39,080 nucleotides of DNA from Pelagibacteraceae bacterium BACL5 MAG-120820-bin39 (GCA_001438335.1 LIBV01000001.1:1-39080); one strand, 5' to 3'; shown: positions 20,407 through 33,350, counted from the first letter of the stretch. Translations and numbers: made by a program. The notes: a model not told the origin generated them from the letters alone.

Positions 20407-22360
20407 AATTGAAGTTTATTGGGTCAACATCAACCGACAGTTTTATTCCACTGGGAAATTTATAATTTGGGACAATATTTGCGACTGAGTTCTGCATGTT
20501 CATTGATTTTGGACCCCTTATTAAAAATCGTACCCTATATTTTTTTTTTAATCTAAAAATTGGGGCACTTACAGGTCCCAGAATTTTTCCAATTATTTTT
20601 CCTTGTAAAAAATCTTTAAATTTAAATGCTTCCTTTTCTAATTTATCCTCATTTTCTCCCGTTAAGATTAAAGATATAAATCTTTGAAAAGGTGGAAGTT
20701 TGTTCATCTTTCTCAACTCTAATTCTTTTTCTAAAAAAATTTCAGGATTTTTATTTGTGATATCAAGGATCATTTTAGGGTTGTTGCTATATGTTTGAAA
20801 ATATACTACAGCAGGTTTTCCGGTTCTTCCTGCTCTACCAGATAATTGATGGTAGAGTTGTAGATTTTTTTCTGCACCTCTTAAGTCATGACCCTGTGAA
20901 GTTAAATCAATATCAACAACAACAATGCAGTTAAGATTTGGAAAATGAAAACCTTTTGATATTAATTGGGTTCCAATTAAAATTTGAATTTCATTATTAA
21001 TTATTTTTTCAAGTTTTATAGAAGAGTCTTTTTTATTCATTGTATCACTTGAAAAAATTTCAATTTTTTTATTTGGAAAATTTTTTTTTACTTCCTCTGA
21101 AATTCTTTCTACTCCAGGACCACTAAAGATATTTTCACATTTTCCATCTTTAACACAATCTCTATTTAATGATCCTTTGAAACCACAATAGTGACATAAT
21201 AAATTATTTTTATTTTTATGATAAACTAGATTAATCGAACAATTTGGACACGTATAACTGTTAAAACATTTGTTACACAAAACATGTGGGGAAAACCCTC
21301 TTCGATTTAAAAAAAATAATATTTGATCCTTTCTATTTAAATGAAATTTTACTTTTTCTATTATTTCTTTTGAAAGCCATGATTGTTTATCTAATTTTGT
21401 TTTGTTTAAATTTATTATTTCATACTCAGGTAAAGATGCATTTTTAAATCGCTTTTCAATTTTAGAAGATGAATATTTTCCTTTTTTAATATTTTCAAAA
21501 GTTTCGATTGATGGTACGGCTGTAATTAAATTTATTGGTATATTTTCAAATGATGCTCTTGAAATAGCCATATCTCTTGCATTGTAAGTAACACCCTCAT
21601 CTTGTTTGTAGGATTGATCGTGTTCTTCATCAACAATAATTAATCCTAAATTTTTAAAAGGTAGGAATAAAGATGATCTAGCACCAATAACTACTTTTAT
21701 TTCTCCATTAACAATTCCACTCCAAATAATTTCTTTGTTTTTTTTTGTAATTCCAGAGTGCCAAACTGCTGGTTGAAAACCAAAAAATTCAATGAACTTA
21801 CTTTCAAATTGGCCTGTTAAACCAATTTCCGGTAACAAGATTAATCCTTGAAATCCCTTTATAATTCTATCTTTTAAAGCCTCAAAATATACCATTGTCT
21901 TTCCAGAACCAGTGGTGCCCTGAAGAACGTGAACTCTAAATTTTTCATTAATTTCATTCATTTTTTTTAATGAATTTTTTTGTTCTTCAGAAAGTTCAAA
22001 GGAATTATTTTTTTTTATAAATTCAAATTTTTGAAGATCTGAATTTGAAAGTTTCTCAATAGCATTGCCACTCAACAACATAAGTTTTAAAGCCATACCT
22101 TTAGGAATAATATTATACTCTGAGAACCAGTTTAAAAATTTAATAGTACTTTTTTTTAATCTTGGGACCTCTAATTTTTTAATAATTTTTTTAATTTTAA
22201 AGTTTTTATTATTTTTTTTCTCAAAATCATCCCAAACCACTCCTGTAATTTTAGATTTACCAAAAGGAACTAATACATAGTCTCCAGTCTCTAAAGCTTG
22301 ATCTGACTCATATGTAAAAGGATGATTAAAAATGTTGGGTAAAAGAATCGGAACTTTCAT
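20405..22360 (-). CDS. priA: Primosomal protein N' (replication restart helicase), compact form
   Basis: VPFG, GTTGSGKT, DEEH, LNRRG, Cys-rich region, GTQLISKGFHFP, QLSGRAGR, DVDP. Confidence 0.96.
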   Translation of the reverse strand: MKVPILLPNIFNHPFTYESDQALETGDYVLVPFGKSKITGVVWDDFEKKNNKNFKIKKIIKKLEVPRLKKSTIKFLNWFSEYNIIPKGMALKLMLLSGNAIEKLSNSDLQKFEFIKKNNSFELSEEQKNSLKKMNEINEKFRVHVLQGTTGSGKTMVYFEALKDRIIKGFQGLILLPEIGLTGQFESKFIEFFGFQPAVWHSGITKKNKEIIWSGIVNGEIKVVIGARSSLFLPFKNLGLIIVDEEHDQSYKQDEGVTYNARDMAISRASFENIPINLITAVPSIETFENIKKGKYSSSKIEKRFKNASLPEYEIINLNKTKLDKQSWLSKEIIEKVKFHLNRKDQILFFLNRRGFSPHVLCNKCFNSYTCPNCSINLVYHKNKNNLLCHYCGFKGSLNRDCVKDGKCENIFSGPGVERISEEVKKNFPNKKIEIFSSDTMNKKDSSIKLEKIINNEIQILIGTQLISKGFHFPNLNCIVVVDIDLTSQGHDLRGAEKNLQLYHQLSGRAGRTGKPAVVYFQTYSNNPKMILDITNKNPEIFLEKELELRKMNKLPPFQRFISLILTGENEDKLEKEAFKFKDFLQGKIIGKILGPVSAPIFRLKKKYRVRFLIRGPKSMNMQNSVANIVPNYKFPSGIKLSVDVDPINFN

Positions 22361-22382
22361 CTTTTTATATTAAGAGAAAAAA

Positions 22383-23783
22383 TTAAGAGTGTATTGCTCT
22401 TTTATCAACTGATAATGCTGCCTCTTTAACTGCTTCTGAGAAAGTTGGGTGTGCATGACATGTTCTCGCAATATCTTCTGAACTTGCACCAAATTCCATA
22501 GCAACTCCAATTTCTGCAATTAATTCTCCAGCATGTGGTCCAATAATGTGTGCTCCTAGAACCTTGTCAGTATTTTTGTCTGCTAATATTTTTACAAACC
22601 CTTCTGCATCATCAATTGCTTTCGCCCTTGAATTAGCCATAAATGAAAATTTTCCAATTTTATATTCGATATTTGACTCTTTGAGTTGTTCTTCAGTTTT
22701 GCCAATAGAAGCTACTTCGGGCGTTGTATAAACTACTCCAGGAATAGTATCATAATTTACGTGACCTGATTGACCTGCAATATTTTCTGCAACCGCAATA
22801 CCTTCGTCTTCAGCTTTATGAGCTAACATGGGTCCAGCTATTACATCACCTATAGCATAAATATCTTGCACATTTGTTTTATAGGCATGATCTACTTTAA
22901 CTCTTTTTTTATCATCAAGTTGAACACCAATTGTCTCCAAATTTAAACCTTGTGTATTTGGTTTTCTACCCACTGAAATTAAAACTACATCACAATCAAA
23001 TTCATTTTTGTTTCCATCTTTATCAATAGTAATTACAGTTGCACCTGAATTACTCTTAGCGATAGATTCAACTTTATTCTGCATGTGAAAGTGTATTCCC
23101 TGTTTTTTTAAAATTTTCATAAATTCAATAGATATTTCTTTATCCATGCCAGGGGTAATGTGATCTAAAAATTCAACAACATGTACTTCAGCACCTAACC
23201 TAGACCATACTGATCCCATCTCTAATCCTATATATCCTCCACCAACTACAACCATTTTTGTGGGTACTCTATCTAATTTAAGAGCACCTGTTGAAGATAC
23301 TATTATTTTTTCATCAATTTCAATTCCTGGTAAGGAAACAGAAACTGATCCAGTTGCAATTATTGTTTTTTCTGAGTGAATTAGAGTCTCGGTACCCTTT
23401 TCATCTAAGATTGATATTTCATTATTATTTTTAAAACTTCCAGTACCTTTAAAATATGAAACTTTATTTTTTTTCAAAAGAAATTCTACACCCTTAGTCA
23501 ACACAGTGACTGCTTTATCCTTACTTTTCATCATTTTTTCAAGATTTAGCTTAACTTCTCCAACTTCAATTCCTTTGCTGGATAAATTTTGAACTTTATG
23601 AAATTCTTCTGATAAATTTAATAGACTTTTAGATGGTATACACCCCACATTTAAACAGGTGCCACCCAAAGCACCTCTTGAGTCAACACATGCTGTTTTA
23701 AATCCTAATTGAGCTAATCTAATTGCACAAACATAACCACCAGGTCCACCACCAATTACTACAGCTTGAAATTTTTCTGACAT
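22383..23783 (-). CDS. lpdA: Dihydrolipoamide dehydrogenase (E3)
   Basis: [20 protein letters not shown] redox disulfide, HAHPTFSE. Confidence 0.98.
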   Translation of the reverse strand: MSEKFQAVVIGGGPGGYVCAIRLAQLGFKTACVDSRGALGGTCLNVGCIPSKSLLNLSEEFHKVQNLSSKGIEVGEVKLNLEKMMKSKDKAVTVLTKGVEFLLKKNKVSYFKGTGSFKNNNEISILDEKGTETLIHSEKTIIATGSVSVSLPGIEIDEKIIVSSTGALKLDRVPTKMVVVGGGYIGLEMGSVWSRLGAEVHVVEFLDHITPGMDKEISIEFMKILKKQGIHFHMQNKVESIAKSNSGATVITIDKDGNKNEFDCDVVLISVGRKPNTQGLNLETIGVQLDDKKRVKVDHAYKTNVQDIYAIGDVIAGPMLAHKAEDEGIAVAENIAGQSGHVNYDTIPGVVYTTPEVASIGKTEEQLKESNIEYKIGKFSFMANSRAKAIDDAEGFVKILADKNTDKVLGAHIIGPHAGELIAEIGVAMEFGASSEDIARTCHAHPTFSEAVKEAALSVDKRAIHS

Positions 23784-25075
23784 TAAATACCTAAAAATAA
23801 CCTTCTAGGGTCTTCTAAATTTTCTTTAATCATTTTTAGAAATGAAACAGACTCTTTTCCATCGATTATTCTGTGATCATATGAAAGTGCTAAATACATT
23901 ATTGGTCTAATTTTTACTTCTCCATCAATTGCAACTGGTCTTTCAACAATATTATGCATTCCCAATACTCCTGATTGTGGAAGATTTAATATTGGTGTTG
24001 AAAGCATTGATCCATAAACACCTCCATTGCTAATGGTGAATGTTCCACCTTGAAGATCCTCAATTGTAAGTTTACCATCTCTTGCTTTTTCTGAAATTTC
24101 TTTGATATTTTTTTCTATATCTGCAAACGATAGTTCATCGGTATTTCTTAATACTGGTACAACCAAACCTTTATCCGTACCAACTGCAAAACTTATATTA
24201 TAATAATTTTTATATATTATTTCGTCACCATCTATTTCAGCATTTACTGCTGGAAAAGCCTTTAAAGCCAATACACAAGCTTTTACAAAAAAAGACATAA
24301 AACCTAATTTGATTCCATATCTGTTTTGAAAATCCTCTTGATTTTCTTTTCTCATTTCCATTATGCTTGACATGTCAACCTCATTAAATGTAGTCAATAA
24401 AGCTGCATTTTCTTGCGCTTGTTTTAATCTTTTTGCAATTGTTTGTCTTAACCTAGTCATTTTTATTCTTTCCTCTTGACCATACTGAACTTTTCTTTCT
24501 GAAGGTTGAGGATTAGCGCCCATTAAGCTGATTAGGTCTCCTTTTAAAATTCTACCATCTTTACCGGTACCCTTAACAGCTTGAACATCAATTTTATTTT
24601 CAACAACTATTTTTCTTACTGCTGGTGATAAAGTTTTATTGCTTATTGTCTCTATCTGTGGTGCCACTTCTTTAATCTCATTTGTAAGAATAAGTGGGGA
24701 CTCTTCTGAATCTTCGTTGTCTTGTTTTTCTTCAAAAACTTTTGGTTGTTTTTTAGAAACTTCTAAGGGAATTACATTATTTTCTTTAGGTTGTGTGCTT
24801 ATTTTTTTAATTTCTTTAATTTTATCTACCGCACTACCTTTTTCACTAACAGAGCCTAGCAGCGCACCAACTTCCACAACAGATCCATCTTTAGAATTAA
24901 TCTCTGTAAGAGTACCTGTTATAGGAGATGGAACCTCTAGATTAACTTTATCTGTTTCTAATTCTACAATTGGCTCATCTGCTTCAACAGAATCACCTTC
25001 TTTTTTAAGCCATTTAGCAACAGTTGCTTCTGATATGCTTTCACCTAAGACTGGAACTACTATTTTTTCACTCAT
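23783..25075 (-). CDS. sucB: 2-oxoglutarate dehydrogenase E2 (dihydrolipoyl succinyltransferase)
   Basis: Lipoyl ETDKV, E3-binding GTGKDGRI, catalytic SYDHRIIDG. Confidence 0.97.
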   Translation of the reverse strand: MSEKIVVPVLGESISEATVAKWLKKEGDSVEADEPIVELETDKVNLEVPSPITGTLTEINSKDGSVVEVGALLGSVSEKGSAVDKIKEIKKISTQPKENNVIPLEVSKKQPKVFEEKQDNEDSEESPLILTNEIKEVAPQIETISNKTLSPAVRKIVVENKIDVQAVKGTGKDGRILKGDLISLMGANPQPSERKVQYGQEERIKMTRLRQTIAKRLKQAQENAALLTTFNEVDMSSIMEMRKENQEDFQNRYGIKLGFMSFFVKACVLALKAFPAVNAEIDGDEIIYKNYYNISFAVGTDKGLVVPVLRNTDELSFADIEKNIKEISEKARDGKLTIEDLQGGTFTISNGGVYGSMLSTPILNLPQSGVLGMHNIVERPVAIDGEVKIRPIMYLALSYDHRIIDGKESVSFLKMIKENLEDPRRLFLGI

Positions 25076-25080
25076 AATAA

Positions 25081-27987
25081 TTATTCAAAAACTTTTTTAA
25101 TAATTTCTTGTTGCTGAGAAATATGCCTTTTCGCATAACCTGTTGCTGGGGATGCATCTGGGCTTCTTCCAATATAAGAAATTTCTTTATTATTAGCCTT
25201 AATATTATCTAATGTCCATTGGATATAGTCTCTTACAGAGAACCAAGCACCCATATTCTTAGGTTCTTCCTGACACCAATAAAACTTGGCAGATTTTGCA
25301 TATGGTTTTATTTCTTTCACTAAACTTTTTGCTGGAAATGGATAAAGTTGTTCAATCCTAAATAAAACAACATCATCTACTTTAAGTTTTTCTCTTGCTT
25401 CTAATAAATCAAAATAAACTTTGCCCGAACACATAATAACTTTTCTAATTTTTGAACTTGGTTTGAGTTTAATAAAACCATTATAAGCAGGATCGATAGC
25501 ATGATCCCACATAACTCTATGGAAAGAATTCTTTTTATTAAAATCAACCAAATTTGATACACAATATTTGTTTCTTAATAAAGATTTTGGTGTCATAATT
25601 ACTAATGGTTTTCTAAAATCTCTATTCATCTGTCTTCTAAGGGCATGAAAATAATTTGCAGGTGTTGTGCAATTTAATACTTGCATATTATCATTAGAAC
25701 AAAGTTGAAGAAATCTTTCAAGTCGCGCTGAAGAATGTTCTGGGCCTTGACCTTCATAGCCATGAGGTAATAACATTACTAGTCCAGATGCTCTTGACCA
25801 CTTCCTTTCTCCTGATGAAATAAATTGATCGATAATGACCTGTGCACTATTAGCAAAATCTCCAAATTGCGCCTCCCACAATGTAAGTGTGTTGGGTTCT
25901 ACCAAGCTATAACCATATTCAAATCCTAATACTGCTAACTCTGATAAAAAACTGTCAACAATTTCAAATTGTTTTTGACTTTTTGAAATATTATTTAGAG
26001 GAACGTATCTTTTATTATTTAGTTGATTTCTTAATACTGAGTGTCTTTGACTAAAAGTACCTCTTCCAGAGTCCTGGCCCACTAATCTTACTGGAAAACC
26101 TTGTTCCACTAAAGAACCAAAAGCTAAAGCCTCAGCAGTTGCCCAATCAATATTTTTACCTTCATCTATAGATTTTTTTCTAGATTCAAAAATTTTAATT
26201 ATTGTCTTATGAGCACTAACATCAGCAGGGATAACATTGATTTTATTTGAAATCTCTTTTAAAACTTTTTCATCAACACCACTTATTCCTCGTTTGTCTT
26301 TTCCTTTTTCTGGTTTGTATCTTGACCAAGTACCCTCAAACCATTCTATTTTAGGTTTATAATCTTTTGCATTTTTAAATTGATCATGTAATAAATCTTT
26401 AAATTTATCTATTTTTTCTTTTAATGATTTTTCATTAAATAATTTTTGTTCAATTAACTTTTTGCCATACAAGTTGGTTACTGTTGGATGTGATCTTATT
26501 TTTTTGTACATCAATGGCTGTGTAAATGAAGGTTCGTCTCCCTCATTATGACCAAATCTTCTGTAACAAATTAAATCAATAACTACATCTCTATTAAATT
26601 TAAGTCTAAATTCTGTAGCAATTCTTGTTGCATAAACCACAGCTTCAGGATCATCACCATTTACATGAAATATAGGCGCTTCAACCATTTTAGCCACATC
26701 TGAAGGATAAGGAGAAGATCTAGCAAACCTAGGACTAGTAGTAAAACCAATTTGATTATTAACTATTATATGGATTGTTCCACCAGTATTATGCCCAGGT
26801 AAACCTGACATTGCAAAACATTCAGCAACAATTCCTTGACCTGCAAAAGCTGCGTCCCCGTGTATTAAAATAGGTATTACTTTATTTCTTTGTTTGTCTT
26901 TGTGGAAATATTGCTTAGCTCTTGTTTGACCCAGAACAACTGGATTTACCGCCTCTAAGTGCGATGGATTATCTGTCAAACTGACATGCACTGAATTTCC
27001 ATCAAATTCCCTATCTGAAGATGCTCCAAGATGATATTTAACATCTCCCGCTCCATCTTTTGTTGGTGAATGAATATCTCCAGTAAATTCATTGAATATT
27101 CTTTTATAAGACTTTTGTAAAACATTTGCCAAAACGTTTAATCGGCCTCTATGAGACATGCCAATTTTAACTTCTAAAACATTTGATTGGCCGCCAATTT
27201 TAATAATTTGTTCAAGTGCTGGAATTAAACTTTCACCACCATCTAGACCAAAACGCTTTGTGCCAACATATTTGGTATGTAAAAATTTTTCAAAACCTTC
27301 TGCTTGAATCAATTTATTTAAAATTCCTTCTTTACCAATTTCGGTAAATTCAAGAGCATTTTTGTCTAGTTCTATCCTATCTCTAAGCCACTTTCTCTCC
27401 TCAGGATTTGTAATATGCATATATTCATAACCAACCGGACCACAATAAACTTTATTTAGAAAATCTAATATTTCTCTTACATTTGATTTTTTTTTATTTA
27501 TGACCCCATCTAAATAAATTTCTTTTTTATAATCGCTACTTTTAAACCCATAATGTTCAGGATGTAGTTCATCTAAATACTCTGTTTTCATCATACCTAG
27601 AGGATCTAGCTTTGCTAAAAGATGTCCTCTTTGTCTATAGGCCCTGATTAGGGCAACTGCTCTTATAGAATCTGAGTTACTTTTAATAATTTCGTCAGAG
27701 CCTAACAAGGCTCCATTGTTTTTTTCTAAATGACCGTTAGTTGGTTCCTGGGTATCCTCAGAAATATCTTTTATTTTAATTTTTTTTAATGGGTTCCATG
27801 ATGGACCTTTAATTTCATTTGCTATAACTTCTATTTCTTCACCCAAATCATCAAAATATTCTTTCCAGCTTTTAGGTAGCTCTGGATCTTTATTAATGTA
27901 TCGAACATACATTTCTTCAATAAATGCACTATTCGATTTATTTAAAAATGAGGTTTTTTCGAATTCTAGATTCTTATTTAAAGACAT
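25081..27987 (-). CDS. sucA: 2-oxoglutarate dehydrogenase E1
   Basis: [21 protein letters not shown], ThDP motif [28 protein letters not shown]. Confidence 0.98.
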   Translation of the reverse strand: MSLNKNLEFEKTSFLNKSNSAFIEEMYVRYINKDPELPKSWKEYFDDLGEEIEVIANEIKGPSWNPLKKIKIKDISEDTQEPTNGHLEKNNGALLGSDEIIKSNSDSIRAVALIRAYRQRGHLLAKLDPLGMMKTEYLDELHPEHYGFKSSDYKKEIYLDGVINKKKSNVREILDFLNKVYCGPVGYEYMHITNPEERKWLRDRIELDKNALEFTEIGKEGILNKLIQAEGFEKFLHTKYVGTKRFGLDGGESLIPALEQIIKIGGQSNVLEVKIGMSHRGRLNVLANVLQKSYKRIFNEFTGDIHSPTKDGAGDVKYHLGASSDREFDGNSVHVSLTDNPSHLEAVNPVVLGQTRAKQYFHKDKQRNKVIPILIHGDAAFAGQGIVAECFAMSGLPGHNTGGTIHIIVNNQIGFTTSPRFARSSPYPSDVAKMVEAPIFHVNGDDPEAVVYATRIATEFRLKFNRDVVIDLICYRRFGHNEGDEPSFTQPLMYKKIRSHPTVTNLYGKKLIEQKLFNEKSLKEKIDKFKDLLHDQFKNAKDYKPKIEWFEGTWSRYKPEKGKDKRGISGVDEKVLKEISNKINVIPADVSAHKTIIKIFESRKKSIDEGKNIDWATAEALAFGSLVEQGFPVRLVGQDSGRGTFSQRHSVLRNQLNNKRYVPLNNISKSQKQFEIVDSFLSELAVLGFEYGYSLVEPNTLTLWEAQFGDFANSAQVIIDQFISSGERKWSRASGLVMLLPHGYEGQGPEHSSARLERFLQLCSNDNMQVLNCTTPANYFHALRRQMNRDFRKPLVIMTPKSLLRNKYCVSNLVDFNKKNSFHRVMWDHAIDPAYNGFIKLKPSSKIRKVIMCSGKVYFDLLEAREKLKVDDVVLFRIEQLYPFPAKSLVKEIKPYAKSAKFYWCQEEPKNMGAWFSVRDYIQWTLDNIKANNKEISYIGRSPDASPATGYAKRHISQQQEIIKKVFE

Positions 27988-27998
27988 TTATTTTTAGA

Positions 27999-28026
27999 AT
28001 TATAATGCTGGATCACCAATTTTCAA
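27999..28026 (-). promoter_or_regulatory. Putative internal promoter for sucA-sucB-lpdA
   Basis: Minus strand TTGAAA (28026-28021), 16 nt, TATAAT (28004-27999); 11 nt before the sucA ATG. Confidence 0.6.
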
Positions 28027-28898
28027 TTAGACAATTTATCAAAAAGTGTTTTTCCTATTATTGATGGTGATTTTGCAATAGTAATTCCACACTCTTCCAT
28101 TTTTTTTATTTTATCTTCTGCACCACCTTTGCCACCTGAAATTATAGCGCCTGCATGCCCCATTCTTCTTCCTGGAGGAGCGGTAATACCCGCTATAAAT
28201 CCAACCATTGGTTTTTTAATCTTATGATTTTTAACAAATTCTGCAGATTCCTCTTCAGCAGTTCCTCCAATCTCTCCAATCATAAGAATAGATTCAGTTT
28301 CTGGATCATTTAAAAATAAATCTAAACAATCGATAAAGTTTGTTCCATTAATTGGATCACCTCCAATTCCTATACAGGTTGATTGACCTAATCCATTTTC
28401 TGTAGTTTGAGCAACTGCTTCATAAGTTAAAGTCCCAGATCTAGACACAATACCTACAGACCCTCTTTTATGAATGCTTCCAGGCATAATTCCAATTTTG
28501 CATTCATCAGGAGTAATTATACCTGGGCAATTTGGACCTATTAATCGACTTTTTGAATTTATAAGTTTTTGTTTAACTTTAAGCATATCTTGAATTGGAA
28601 TACCCTCGGTAATGCACACAATTAAATCTATTGAAGCATCGATTGCTTCAATTATAGCTGCTGCTGCAAATTTTGCTGGCACATAAATCATGGTTGCATC
28701 TGCTCCAACCTCATTTTTTGCTTCTGCAACTGTATTAAAAACTGGTCTTTCTAAATGTTTTTGGCCACCTTTTTTAGGGGTAACACCTCCAACTAAATTT
28801 GTTCCATATTTAATAGCTTGCTCAGAATGAAATGTTCCATGGGCTCCGGTAAAACCCTGACAAATAACTTTTGTATTTTTATTAACAAGCACAGACAT
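28023..28898 (-). CDS. sucD: Succinyl-CoA synthetase alpha subunit
   Basis: [26 protein letters not shown] (phospho-His). Confidence 0.98.
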   Translation of the reverse strand: MSVLVNKNTKVICQGFTGAHGTFHSEQAIKYGTNLVGGVTPKKGGQKHLERPVFNTVAEAKNEVGADATMIYVPAKFAAAAIIEAIDASIDLIVCITEGIPIQDMLKVKQKLINSKSRLIGPNCPGIITPDECKIGIMPGSIHKRGSVGIVSRSGTLTYEAVAQTTENGLGQSTCIGIGGDPINGTNFIDCLDLFLNDPETESILMIGEIGGTAEEESAEFVKNHKIKKPMVGFIAGITAPPGRRMGHAGAIISGGKGGAEDKIKKMEECGITIAKSPSIIGKTLFDKLSN

Positions 28899-30059
28899 TT
28901 ATTTTATTGCTCCAACAATTTTTTTAGCCGCATCATCTAAATTTTCGGCAGAAATCAATTTTAATCCTGAGTTATCTAATATTTCTTTTCCCTCTTTAAA
29001 ATTTGTACCTGCCAGTCTTACTACTAATGGAACATTAATATTTATTTCTTTAGCTGCATCTACTACTCCCTGAGCAAGAACATCACAACGCATAATGCCT
29101 CCAAAAATATTTATTAAAATTCCTTTTACATTTTTATCTGATAAAATTATTTTAAATGCTGCGGAGACTTTTTCTTTAGAAGCTCCACCTCCAACATCTA
29201 AAAAATTAGCAGGTTCTTCACCATAAAGTTTAATAATATCCATAGTAGCCATGGCTAATCCAGCACCATTAACCATACAACCAATACTTCCATCTAACTT
29301 AATATATGCTAAGTCGTATTTGCTAGCTTCAATTTCTGCAGGATCTTCTTCGTTTAAATCTCTTAATTCTAATATTTCAGGATGTCTAAATAATGCATTG
29401 TCATCAAAATTTACTTTCGCATCAAGGCAAATAATTTTTTCTTCTTTAGTAAGAATTAATGGATTTATCTCAACCATGTTAGCATCTGTACTTATAAACA
29501 TCTTGTAAATTGATTTAATCAAATTAATCGCTTCAATTTTAGCTGATCCATTTAAAGAAAAAATATTAATTATTTTATTACAATCCTCTTTACTAATTTC
29601 ATCTTTAAAATCAACCTTAGTGGTAATTATTTTATCAGGTGTTTTTGCAGCTACCTCTTCGATATCCATTCCGCCTTGATCACTAGAAATAAATGCAATT
29701 TTAGAACTTGCTCTATCTACTAAACAGGATAAATAAAATTCTTTTTCAATATTTGATGAAACTTCAACATACAATCTTTTGACTTCTCTTCCTTCTGGGC
29801 CAGTTTGATGTGTTATTAATTTTTTTCCCAATAATTCTTTTGCAGATACCTCTAGCTCCTCAATTGTATTAAGTATCTTAACACCACCAGCTTTACCTCT
29901 ACCTCCAGCATGGATTTGTGCCTTTAAAACATACTTATCGGTTATTAAGGACTTTGATTTTTTGACTAAATCATCAACAGAAGTAGAAAAAATACCGTCT
30001 GGGACGACAGCACCATATTTTTTTAAAATTGCTTTAGCCTGATGTTCGTGGATGTTCAT
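28899..30059 (-). CDS. sucC: Succinyl-CoA synthetase beta subunit
   Basis: [35 protein letters not shown]. Confidence 0.98.
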   Translation of the reverse strand: MNIHEHQAKAILKKYGAVVPDGIFSTSVDDLVKKSKSLITDKYVLKAQIHAGGRGKAGGVKILNTIEELEVSAKELLGKKLITHQTGPEGREVKRLYVEVSSNIEKEFYLSCLVDRASSKIAFISSDQGGMDIEEVAAKTPDKIITTKVDFKDEISKEDCNKIINIFSLNGSAKIEAINLIKSIYKMFISTDANMVEINPLILTKEEKIICLDAKVNFDDNALFRHPEILELRDLNEEDPAEIEASKYDLAYIKLDGSIGCMVNGAGLAMATMDIIKLYGEEPANFLDVGGGASKEKVSAAFKIILSDKNVKGILINIFGGIMRCDVLAQGVVDAAKEININVPLVVRLAGTNFKEGKEILDNSGLKLISAENLDDAAKKIVGAIK

Positions 30060-30061
30060 TA

Positions 30062-31024
30062 TTACTTAGCTAAATCCGGATCAATCGCTGATGCTGCTTC
30101 CCATAATTTTTTAACAGCATCTACTGAATTCATAAATTCTGATTTCTCTTTTTCATCTAAATTAATAATTTCAATTTTTTCAACACCTTCCTTGCCAATA
30201 ATTATTGGAACACCCGCATAGATATTGTTAACCCCATACTCACCATTCATGAAAGCTGCACATGGAACCATTTTTTTTTCATCATTTAAATAGGCTTTAG
30301 CCATTTCAACACCTGATGCAGCTGGTGCGTAAAATGCAGAACCTTTTTCCAAATATTTAACTATTTCTGCTCCTCCATCACGAGTTCTTTGATTTATGCT
30401 CTCTAATCTTTCAGGAGAAATTTTTCCTTCTTTAACTATTTCCATTAGAGGCTTGCCTGAAACTTTAGTAAATCTAGGTAGTGGCACCATTGTATCTCCA
30501 TGACCACCCATTACCATTGCTTCAATTTCTCTAACTGGAACATTAAATTCTAAAGACAAAAATAATTTAAATCTTGAGCTATCAAGTATACCTGCCATTC
30601 CGACTACTTTGTTTGTCGGTAGTCCAGAATATTTTTGAAATGCCATTACCATCACATCTAGAGGGTTAGTAATACATATAACAAAAGCGTTGGGTGCATT
30701 CTGTTTAACACCTTCTGCAACTTGTTTAATAATTTTTAGATTTATTCCCAATAAATCATCTCTACTCATCCCAGGTTTTCTAGGAACGCCTGCTGTAATT
30801 ATAATTACATCTGAGTCTTTAATGTCTTTATAGTCATCAGTTCCACTAAATTTAACATTAAATCCATCAACAGACGATGATTGTGCAATGTCTAATGCTT
30901 TTCCTTTTGCAACTCCACTTGCTACATCAAACAATACAACTTCATCAACTAATTCTTTTATTCCGATTAAGTGAGCTAAAGTACCACCAATTTGTCCAGC
31001 TCCTATTAACGATATTTTCTTCAT
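30062..31024 (-). CDS. mdh: Malate dehydrogenase (LDH-like)
   Basis: [27 protein letters not shown]. Confidence 0.97.
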   Translation of the reverse strand: MKKISLIGAGQIGGTLAHLIGIKELVDEVVLFDVASGVAKGKALDIAQSSSVDGFNVKFSGTDDYKDIKDSDVIIITAGVPRKPGMSRDDLLGINLKIIKQVAEGVKQNAPNAFVICITNPLDVMVMAFQKYSGLPTNKVVGMAGILDSSRFKLFLSLEFNVPVREIEAMVMGGHGDTMVPLPRFTKVSGKPLMEIVKEGKISPERLESINQRTRDGGAEIVKYLEKGSAFYAPAASGVEMAKAYLNDEKKMVPCAAFMNGEYGVNNIYAGVPIIIGKEGVEKIEIINLDEKEKSEFMNSVDAVKKLWEAASAIDPDLAK

Positions 31025-31034
31025 GATTTACCTT

Positions 31035-32528
31035 TTATTTCATCGTTGGCATCACAAATTCTGCATTTGAGCGAATTCCTGAAGGCCATCTTGATGTAAC
31101 TGTTTTTAATTTTGTATAAAATTTAATTCCTTCCATGCCATGCATTGCACTATCTCCAAATAATGATCTCTTCCATCCACCAAAACTATGAAATGCCATA
31201 GGCACTGGAATAGGAACATTAATTCCAACCATTCCTACTTGGATTTTGCTAGCAAATGTTCTTCCTGCATCTCCATCTCTTGTGTAGATGCTTACTCCAT
31301 TGCCATATTCATGGTCATTAATTAGTTTAGCCGCATCTTCAAAAGTTTTAACTCGAACTACTGATAAAACTGGTCCAAAAATTTCTTCTTTATAAATTCT
31401 CATATCTTTATTAACGTGATCAAATAAACATCCGCCGATATAAAAACCGTTTTCATAGCCTTGTAATTTTAAATTTCTTCCGTCAACTACAAGTTTTGCA
31501 CCCTCTTTAACTCCTAGATCAACATAACTTTTTACTTTTTCAAGATGCTCTTTAGTAACTAATGGACCCATTTCAGATGTCATATCCATTCCTGGACCTA
31601 CTTTTAATGCCTCAGCTTTTTTAGATAATCTTGAAACTAATTCATCTCCAATATCACCCACTGCTACCGCAACAGATTGTGCCATACATCTTTCTCCAGC
31701 CGAACCATATGCGGCACCCATTAAACCGTTTACTGCACCATCTAAATCACAGTCTGGCATTACTACTAAATGATTTTTAGCACCACCCAATGCTTGAACT
31801 CTTTTTTCATTTTTAGCTGAATTTTCATAAATATATTTTGCAATGGGAGTAGATCCCACAAAGCTTACAGCTTTAATATCTGGGTTGGTTAAAATTGCAT
31901 CTACTGACTCTTTATCTCCATTAACTACATTAAAAACTCCATCTGGTAGCCCAGCTTCTTTTAAAAGTTCAGCTAATCTTATCGGGCAAGACGGATCTTT
32001 TTCAGAAGGTTTTAAAATAAAAGTATTTCCACAGGCAATTGCAATTGGAAACATCCACATTGGAACCATCGCTGGAAAGTTAAATGGTGTAATTCCAGCA
32101 ACAACACCCAAAGGCTGTCTGATTGACCAGCTATCTACATTAGTTCCAACATTTTCTGAAAATTCACCTTTCAGTAAATGCGGTATACCACAGGCAAACT
32201 CGACAACTTCTAAACCTCTAGTTAGAGAACCTTTGGCATCTTCATATACTTTGCCGTGTTCTGAAACAATTAACTTTGTTAATTCATCTGAATTTTTTTC
32301 TATCAATTCTTTGAATTTGAACATCACTCTTGCTCTTTGAAGAGCAGGTTTTAAAGACCAAGTTTCAAATGCTTTTTTAGCAACTGCAACTGCTTGATCT
32401 AAATCAGATTTTGAAGCAAGTCTTACTTCGGACTCTTGTTCGCCAGTAGCTGGGTTAAATACATTGCCTTTTCTATTAGACGTACCAGAAATTGTTTTTC
32501 CACCTACGAAATGCTCAATAATTTTCAT
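31035..32528 (-). CDS. mmsA: CoA-acylating (methyl)malonate-semialdehyde dehydrogenase (ALDH6 / MmsA / IolA / DddC family)
   Basis: ITPFNFPAMVP, KPSE, FVGST, GAKNH, AGERCMA (catalytic Cys), GINVPIPVP. Confidence 0.94.
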   Translation of the reverse strand: MKIIEHFVGGKTISGTSNRKGNVFNPATGEQESEVRLASKSDLDQAVAVAKKAFETWSLKPALQRARVMFKFKELIEKNSDELTKLIVSEHGKVYEDAKGSLTRGLEVVEFACGIPHLLKGEFSENVGTNVDSWSIRQPLGVVAGITPFNFPAMVPMWMFPIAIACGNTFILKPSEKDPSCPIRLAELLKEAGLPDGVFNVVNGDKESVDAILTNPDIKAVSFVGSTPIAKYIYENSAKNEKRVQALGGAKNHLVVMPDCDLDGAVNGLMGAAYGSAGERCMAQSVAVAVGDIGDELVSRLSKKAEALKVGPGMDMTSEMGPLVTKEHLEKVKSYVDLGVKEGAKLVVDGRNLKLQGYENGFYIGGCLFDHVNKDMRIYKEEIFGPVLSVVRVKTFEDAAKLINDHEYGNGVSIYTRDGDAGRTFASKIQVGMVGINVPIPVPMAFHSFGGWKRSLFGDSAMHGMEGIKFYTKLKTVTSRWPSGIRSNAEFVMPTMK

Positions 32529-32570
32529 GAATATGAACTTTTAAATCAAAATATCCTATTAGTCTAATGT

Positions 32571-33350
32571 TTAAATATTAGCTGTAGCTAACATTTTTTT
32601 TATTTCTGCAATTGCTTTAGCAGGGTTTAATCCTTTTGGACACGCACTTGTGCAGTTAAGAATGGTATGACATCGGTAAAGTTTTAATTCATCTCCAACT
32701 TTTTTTAATCTAGCTTCTCTTTCTTCATCTCTACTATCCATAATCCATCTATACGCTTGAAGCAAAACTGCTGGACCTAAGTATTTATCTCCATTCCACC
32801 AATAACTTGGACATGAAGTAGAGCAACACGCACACATTATGCACTCATAAGCACCATCAAGTTTTGCTCTATCTTCTTTAGATTGTCTAATTTCATTAGT
32901 TTCATTTTTGGAACTAGTTTTTAACCACGGTTCAATTGATTGATATTGTTTATATAATCCGTCTAAATCTCCAATTAAATCTCTTTTAACTTTTAAATGA
33001 GGTAATGGATAAATATTTAGTTCTCCTTTAATTTCTGAGTGAGGTGTAGTACAGGCTAATCCATTTTTGCCTCCCATGTTCATTGCACAGGATCCACAAA
33101 CTCCATGAGCACATGATCTTCTGTATGCTAAAGTCGGATCAATCTCATTTTTAATTTTATTTAAAATATCTAAGACTTTTGTTGAACAATTATCCATCTC
33201 AACTTCATAACTATCCAATCTTGGATTTTCACCTGATGAGGGATCCCATCTATAAACATTAACTGTCTTTAAATTTTTGGAACCAGTCTTATCTTTGAAA
33301 AATTTTCCTTTTTGAACTTTAGAATTTTCAGGTAAATTAATCTGAACCAT
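32571..33350 (-). CDS. sdhB: Succinate dehydrogenase iron-sulfur subunit
   Basis: [38 protein letters not shown]. Confidence 0.97.
   Translation of the reverse strand: MVQINLPENSKVQKGKFFKDKTGSKNLKTVNVYRWDPSSGENPRLDSYEVEMDNCSTKVLDILNKIKNEIDPTLAYRRSCAHGVCGSCAMNMGGKNGLACTTPHSEIKGELNIYPLPHLKVKRDLIGDLDGLYKQYQSIEPWLKTSSKNETNEIRQSKEDRAKLDGAYECIMCACCSTSCPSYWWNGDKYLGPAVLLQAYRWIMDSRDEEREARLKKVGDELKLYRCHTILNCTSACPKGLNPAKAIAEIKKMLATANI

Noticed and set aside
24639-25100. 153-aa plus-strand ORF antisense to sucB
   Set aside because: Lies opposite a conserved gene, is Ser-rich with no motifs, and is a typical antisense shadow of codon bias.
31843-32340. 165-aa plus-strand ORF antisense to mmsA
   Set aside because: Shadow ORF in the mirror frame of a conserved enzyme, with no recognisable domain.
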